Source of the DNA: a bacterium
GTDB taxonomy: Bacteria; Joyebacterota; Joyebacteria; Joyebacterales; Joyebacteraceae
Direction of reading: 5' to 3'
Assembly: GCA_025774935.1 (NCBI GenBank)
Contig: JALGZK010000001.1
Span: forward strand, 148,266 to 212,265
Length of the DNA: 64,000 nucleotides
A model generated the notes under the pieces. The model was not told where the DNA came from. It saw only the letters and a program-made list of their open reading frames with translations, and did no database searches. This document shows, in pieces, positions 58,184 to 64,000 of this stretch (within the stretch, counting starts at the first letter, position 1; the number at the start of each line of letters is the position of its first letter). Position numbers and translations under genes: made by a program.

Positions 58184-59431
58184 GTGAACGCAGAGATCAT
58201 CACGATCGGCCGCGAGCTCCTCGACGGGAGTCTGGTCGACACGAACACCGCGTACGTCGGGTCGCGGCTGCGTGTCCTCGGCGCGACCGTGACGCGATCG
58301 ACGAGCGTCCCGGACGACCCCCGGGCGATCGAGGAAGTGCTCGCGCGGGCCATGAACTCCGCGGACATCGTCATCACGACGGGCGGGCTCGGTCCGACGA
58401 GCGACGACCGCACCAAGCACGTCGTGGCCAGGCTCCTCGACCGACAGCTCGTGCTGGATGAGGAAGTTCTCGCGAGCGTGAGATCTCACTTCGAGTCGCA
58501 GGGGCTCGCGATGCCCGAGATCAACCTCTCGCAGGCGATGATCCCCGAGGGAGCGCGCGCAATCGACAACGCACTCGGGACCGCCCCCGGGCTTCTGCTC
58601 GAGCGCGGCGGCGTCATCCTCTTCGTCCTTCCGGGCGTCCCCGTAGAGATGAAGAGGATGGTCGAAACGTACGTGATCCCCTTCCTCGAGGGGCGCGGCC
58701 TCAAGCGCCTCGCCGAGGAGAGGCTCGTCCGGACAACCGGCGTGCCCGAGTCCGAGGTGGCCGAGCTCGTCGACCCGGTCGCGAAGCGGCTGGCGCGGAC
58801 CGACGTGGCCTATCTGGCGTCGGCGACCGGCGTCGACGTCCTCCTCATCTGCCGCGGGGAGTCGGCCGCGCAGGCGCGCCGCACGGCCGACCGCGCGGCG
58901 GAGCGCGTCGCAGAGCTTCTGGGCGATGCGGTCTACGCGACGGGGGAGGATTCGCTCGAACAGGTGGTGGGGTATCTCCTCTCGATGGCGGGGAAGAGCC
59001 TCGCGGTCGCGGAGTCGTGCACCGGCGGGAGGCTCGGGTGGCGCCTCACGAGGGTATCGGGGAGCTCCGAGTACTTCGTCGGCGGCGTGATCTCGTACTC
59101 GAACGAGCTCAAGAAGAAGCTCCTGGGTGTCAAGACCGGCACCCTCAGGAAGCACGGCGCCGTCTCCGCGGAGGTCGCGGAGGAGATGGCGGACGGCGTC
59201 AGGGCCCGAACCAAGGCGGACTACGGCGTCGCGATCACCGGGACCGCCGGGCCGGGAGGGGGAACCCCCGAGAAGCCGGTCGGTCTCGTCCACATCGCCG
59301 TGTCTTGGGAACGGGGGAGCAGGGGCGAGCGCTATCAGTTCCGCGGCGGTCGCGACACCGTCCGCGAGCGCGCCGCGCAGGCCGCCCTCGACCTCCTCAG
59401 ACGAGCCCTCATGAACCCCCGGGGGACCTGA
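58184..59431 (+). CDS. cinA: Competence/damage-inducible protein CinA (MocF-like plus PncC NMN deamidase)
   Basis: AEIITIGRELL..DTN, TGGLGPTSDD, GTAPG, LPGVP, AESCTGG, GAVSAE, GPGGGTPEKPVG. Confidence 0.93.
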   Translation: MNAEIITIGRELLDGSLVDTNTAYVGSRLRVLGATVTRSTSVPDDPRAIEEVLARAMNSADIVITTGGLGPTSDDRTKHVVARLLDRQLVLDEEVLASVRSHFESQGLAMPEINLSQAMIPEGARAIDNALGTAPGLLLERGGVILFVLPGVPVEMKRMVETYVIPFLEGRGLKRLAEERLVRTTGVPESEVAELVDPVAKRLARTDVAYLASATGVDVLLICRGESAAQARRTADRAAERVAELLGDAVYATGEDSLEQVVGYLLSMAGKSLAVAESCTGGRLGWRLTRVSGSSEYFVGGVISYSNELKKKLLGVKTGTLRKHGAVSAEVAEEMADGVRARTKADYGVAITGTAGPGGGTPEKPVGLVHIAVSWERGSRGERYQFRGGRDTVRERAAQAALDLLRRALMNPRGT

Positions 59432-60030
59432 TGGCGGTGCGGACGTTCGTCGCTTTGGAGTTGTCCCGCCCCCTCAAAGAAGGCATACTCGACCTCGCCC
59501 AGCGCATGGAGGCGCGCGGAGTGCGCGCCAGCTGGGCGCGTGCGTCGACCCTGCATCTGACACTCAAGTTCCTCGGGGACGTCGAGGAGGAGAACCTGCC
59601 CGACGTATTCGAGGCGGTGGCGCGTGCGGCCGCCCGGGTGGCCCCGTTCTCGTTCGAGTCGAGGTCGCTCGGGGCGTTCCCGTCGCCGCGGCGAGCGGGG
59701 GTGCTCTGGGTGGGCGTCGAGGCACCGCAGGAACTGTGGGACCTCGCGAGGGGCGTCGAAGACGAACTGGCGGGCCTCGGGTTCCCGAGGGAGAAGCGGA
59801 GGTTCCGTCCGCACATCACGCTCGGCCGCGTCAGGAACCCCCGGGACGACGCTCCCGTGGAGGAGCTCCTGAGGACCCTCGAGGCGCCGGCTGAGACGGT
59901 GGAGGCCCGCGAGGTCTTCACGATGAGGAGCGAGCTCAGGCCGGGAGGGGCGGTCCACGAGGTCATCGCGATGGCCCGACTCGCCGGCGGACGCGCTCCC
60001 GGTGTGCACGCGGGAGACCAGACCCCTTGA
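59431..60030 (+). CDS. thpR: RNA 2',3'-cyclic phosphodiesterase (2H family)
   Basis: RTFVAL, LHLTLKFLG and FRPHITLGR; TGATG overlap with cinA. Confidence 0.92.
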   Translation: MAVRTFVALELSRPLKEGILDLAQRMEARGVRASWARASTLHLTLKFLGDVEEENLPDVFEAVARAAARVAPFSFESRSLGAFPSPRRAGVLWVGVEAPQELWDLARGVEDELAGLGFPREKRRFRPHITLGRVRNPRDDAPVEELLRTLEAPAETVEAREVFTMRSELRPGGAVHEVIAMARLAGGRAPGVHAGDQTP

Positions 60031-60085
60031 AGACACCGACCCTTGACGGACGACATTCGCACGACCCCTGACTTCGGAGGAGACG

Positions 60086-61195
<1,110 letters not shown>

Positions 61196-61237
61196 TGTCA
61201 GGGCGCTCCCGCGCGGCGGCCCCGGGTCCCAAGCGAG

Positions 61238-61906
61238 GTGCCGGTGGGCGGACGGATCACGGCCATCGAGAGGGCCAGTGAGGGCTCGGCTCGCGTGGCC
61301 GTCTTCGTAGACGGCAGTCGTGCCTTCACGGTGTCCCAGGACGTTGCCGAGCGACTCGGTCTCGCCGTCGGGGTCGACCTCGGCGAGACCGAGATCGCCA
61401 CGATCGAGTCGGACGACCGTGTGGGAAAGGCGCGCGACAAGGCGCTCCGCCTCCTCGCGGTGCGGGCGCGCTCGAGACGCGAGCTCACGGACCGCCTGAC
61501 GCGCATCGGCCACGAGGCCGACGCCGTCGAGGCGGTCATCGCCGACCTCGAGGCGTCCGGACTCGTCGACGACGTGGCGTTCGCGAGGGCCTGGGCCGAC
61601 GAGCGGGTGAGGCTCAAGCCATCCGGGAGAAGAAGGCTCGAGAGCGAGCTCATCGGCAAGGGCGTCCCGCGGGACGTGATCGCGAACGTCCTCGAGGAGA
61701 TCTTCGAGGAGCACAGCGAGCTCGAGCTGGCCGTGAAGGCCGCGGCGAAGAGGACGCGCAGGTTCGTGGGAGGAGCCGTGCCCCCGAAGGAGCGCGCGAG
61801 GCTGCGCGCCTTCCTCCTGCGGCGCGGGTTCAGCCACGAGGTCGCGACAGCGGTCCTCAGGGGACTGCCGGACGATGACGACGGAGGGATGGATGACGTC
61901 GGCTGA
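61238..61906 (+). CDS. recX: Regulatory protein RecX
   Basis: ALRLLAVRARSRREL, DDVAFARAW, FLLRRGF; directly after recA. Confidence 0.9.
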   Translation: MPVGGRITAIERASEGSARVAVFVDGSRAFTVSQDVAERLGLAVGVDLGETEIATIESDDRVGKARDKALRLLAVRARSRRELTDRLTRIGHEADAVEAVIADLEASGLVDDVAFARAWADERVRLKPSGRRRLESELIGKGVPRDVIANVLEEIFEEHSELELAVKAAAKRTRRFVGGAVPPKERARLRAFLLRRGFSHEVATAVLRGLPDDDDGGMDDVG

Positions 61907-64000
61907 GATCAGGAAGGCGTTCTACGACTACTTCGTCGAGCGCGGGCACGAGCTCGTGCCGAGCGCTCCGCTCGTCCCCAAGGACGACCCGACGCTCCTG
62001 TTCACGTCGGCAGGCATGGTCCCGTTCAAGTCGCACTACGTCGCCGAGAACCCGCCGTACCGCCGCGCGGTCTCCATCCAGCGGTGTTTGAGGCTCTCCG
62101 ATCTCGAGGAGGTCGGCCGGAGCCCGTACCACATGACGTTCTTCGAGATGATGGGCAACTTCTCGTTCGGCGACTACTTCAAGAGAGAGACGCTCGAGTG
62201 GGGCTGGGACTTCCTGACGAACGTCGTCGGCCTTCCGGGGGACCGCCTTTGGGCGACCGTCCACACGGACGACGACGAGGCGGAGGACATCTGGCTCTCC
62301 TCGATCGGCCTCCCCGCCGAACGGGTCGTGAGGCTTGGCGACGAGGACAACTTCTGGGGACCCGCGGGGGACGCGGGCCCCTGCGGCCCGTGCTCCGAGG
62401 TCCACATGGACATGGGCGTCGAGAAGGGGTGCGGCCGCGAGGACTGCGTTCCCGGATGTGACTGCGACCGCTTCTTTGAGGTGTGTAACCACGTCTTCCC
62501 GCAGTTCCTTCAGAAGGTGGACACGACGCGGGTGCCCCTGGCCCGTCCCGGGATCGACATGGGGATGGGTCTGGAACGCCTCTGCTGCGTCGTCCAGAAG
62601 GTCGACAGCATCTACCAGACCGACCTCCTGAAACCGATCGTCGAGGCCGCGGCGGGCGAGGTCGAGGCGGCGACGGGCCAGCGTCCTCCGACCGATGAGC
62701 TCGGCGTCGGCCTCTCGGTCATCGTCGACCACGCCCGCGCCGCGACGTTCACGATCGCCGAGAACATCAACCCGTCGAACGAGTCGCAGGGCTACGTCGT
62801 CCGTCGGCTCATCCGACGGGCGGTTCGGCGTGGTCACGAGTTCGGCATCACCGAGCCGTTTCTCTACCGGCTCGCCGGTGTCGTCATCGAGAACCTCGGT
62901 GACGCGCACCCGCACATCGTGCAAAAGCGCGAGCACATCGCGCTCGTGATCAAGTCGGAGGAGGAGCGTTTCCACGAGACGCTCTCCGCCGGGTCCCAGC
63001 TCTTCGAGGGGATCCTGGAGCGCGCACGGGGCGCCGGATCGAAGGTGATCCCGGGCGACGAGGCCTTCCGGCTCTACGACACCTACGGGTTCCCGGTCGA
63101 CCTCACGCGCGAGATGGCAGCGGAACACGGTCTCGATGTCGACATGCGCGGCTTCGAGTCCGCGATGGAGGAGCAGAAGGAGCGGGGGCGCCGCGCCTCG
63201 TCGTTCGGGAAGGGCGCCGGGACGCGCGAGTGGTCGGGCGAGGCGGGAGTGCGAGACGGTGGCGCCATCGTGGAGTCGCAGTTCGCGGGATACGATCTCG
63301 TGGCCGAGGACGCTGCTGGAACGGAACTCGCCGACGGCGGGTCCTACTCCGAGCCCATGAAGGCGACGGTCGTGCGCGTGAGGCCTGCGGCGAAGGACGG
63401 CCGCGTAGAGTTCACGCTCGACCGGACGCCGTTCTACGCCGAGGCGGGCGGGCAGGTCGCCGACACGGGGACCGTCGACGGCGACGGTGTCACGGTGGCC
63501 ATCGTGAACGTCTACGTCGAGGACGGGCACTCCGTGCACGTCGGACGACCCGAGGGCGGCGAGATCCGGCCCAGCATGACCGTCGAGGCCCGCGTCGACC
63601 TTGCGCTCCGGAGGCGGACCGAGAAGAACCACACCGCGACGCACCTCCTGCAAGCGGCCCTGAGGCAGTTCGTGGGCGACCACGTCCACCAGTCGGGATC
63701 CTGGGTCGGTCCGGAGCGGCTGCGCTTCGACTTCACCCACTTTTCAGAGCTCAACAACGACGCCCTCCACGCGATCGAGGACCGCGTGAACGCGTGGATT
63801 CGTGCCGACGTTCCCATCTGTCCGGAGTGGACGGCGCTCGACGACGCGCTCTCACGCGGGGCCATGGCCCTCTTCGACGAAAAGTACGACGAGGAGGTCC
63901 GGGCCGTCTCGATCCCGGGTGTGAGCCTGGAGCTCTGCGGCGGGACGCACGTCCGAAGGACCGGGGAGATCGGCCTGTTCACCATCGTCTCCGAGGGGAG
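61893..64000 (+). CDS. alaS: Alanine--tRNA ligase (runs off the window end; absent from the ORF track)
   Basis: ATG 61893: MTSAEIRKAFYDYF, DPTLLFTSAGMVPFK, TFFEMMGNFSFGDYFK, LYDTYGFP, NHTATHLL, ELCGGTHV. Confidence 0.97.
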   Translation, partial: MTSAEIRKAFYDYFVERGHELVPSAPLVPKDDPTLLFTSAGMVPFKSHYVAENPPYRRAVSIQRCLRLSDLEEVGRSPYHMTFFEMMGNFSFGDYFKRETLEWGWDFLTNVVGLPGDRLWATVHTDDDEAEDIWLSSIGLPAERVVRLGDEDNFWGPAGDAGPCGPCSEVHMDMGVEKGCGREDCVPGCDCDRFFEVCNHVFPQFLQKVDTTRVPLARPGIDMGMGLERLCCVVQKVDSIYQTDLLKPIVEAAAGEVEAATGQRPPTDELGVGLSVIVDHARAATFTIAENINPSNESQGYVVRRLIRRAVRRGHEFGITEPFLYRLAGVVIENLGDAHPHIVQKREHIALVIKSEEERFHETLSAGSQLFEGILERARGAGSKVIPGDEAFRLYDTYGFPVDLTREMAAEHGLDVDMRGFESAMEEQKERGRRASSFGKGAGTREWSGEAGVRDGGAIVESQFAGYDLVAEDAAGTELADGGSYSEPMKATVVRVRPAAKDGRVEFTLDRTPFYAEAGGQVADTGTVDGDGVTVAIVNVYVEDGHSVHVGRPEGGEIRPSMTVEARVDLALRRRTEKNHTATHLLQAALRQFVGDHVHQSGSWVGPERLRFDFTHFSELNNDALHAIEDRVNAWIRADVPICPEWTALDDALSRGAMALFDEKYDEEVRAVSIPGVSLELCGGTHVRRTGEIGLFTIVSEG

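Noticed and set aside
60031-60085. LexA box upstream of recA
   Set aside because: No recognisable palindrome; recA appears embedded in the pgsA-cinA-thpR operon

Overview
High-GC bacterial chromosome segment, probably from an anaerobic, diderm FCB-superphylum lineage (inference from SprA, a FlgD-Ig/T9SS-like C-terminal cargo domain, LptFG and a four-subunit pyruvate:ferredoxin oxidoreductase). Most of it is housekeeping: ahcY(partial), lptGF, sprA plus an M28/glutaminyl-cyclase-like gene, rimP-nusA-infB-DUF503-rbfA-nrnA-truB-ribF, rpsO-pnp-dut-ubiA, ktrBA-asnS, glnA, a cyclophilin-TPR-TPR-iscS-peptidase cluster, six tRNAs, tadA, a large SRP RNA, dnaX-ybaB-recR, porCDAB, and pgsA-pgpA-cinA-thpR-recA-recX-alaS(partial). 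Two things stand out. (1) A secreted Omp28/thioredoxin-like protein at 29662-31668(-) that the ORF track truncates: it has an in-frame TGA in a UxxC motif followed at 11 nt by a bacterial SECIS-like hairpin, so it is a predicted exported selenoprotein. (2) An accessory block between tRNA-Arg and tadA in which an SbcD/SbcE-like nuclease-ATPase pair overlaps a membrane-anchored zinc-ribbon CHAT (caspase-family) protease gene, followed by an ECF sigma factor and a soluble double-zinc-finger anti-sigma factor, then a histidine kinase/diguanylate cyclase pair behind a consensus sigma54 promoter. All calls come from reading the sequence; no searches were run.
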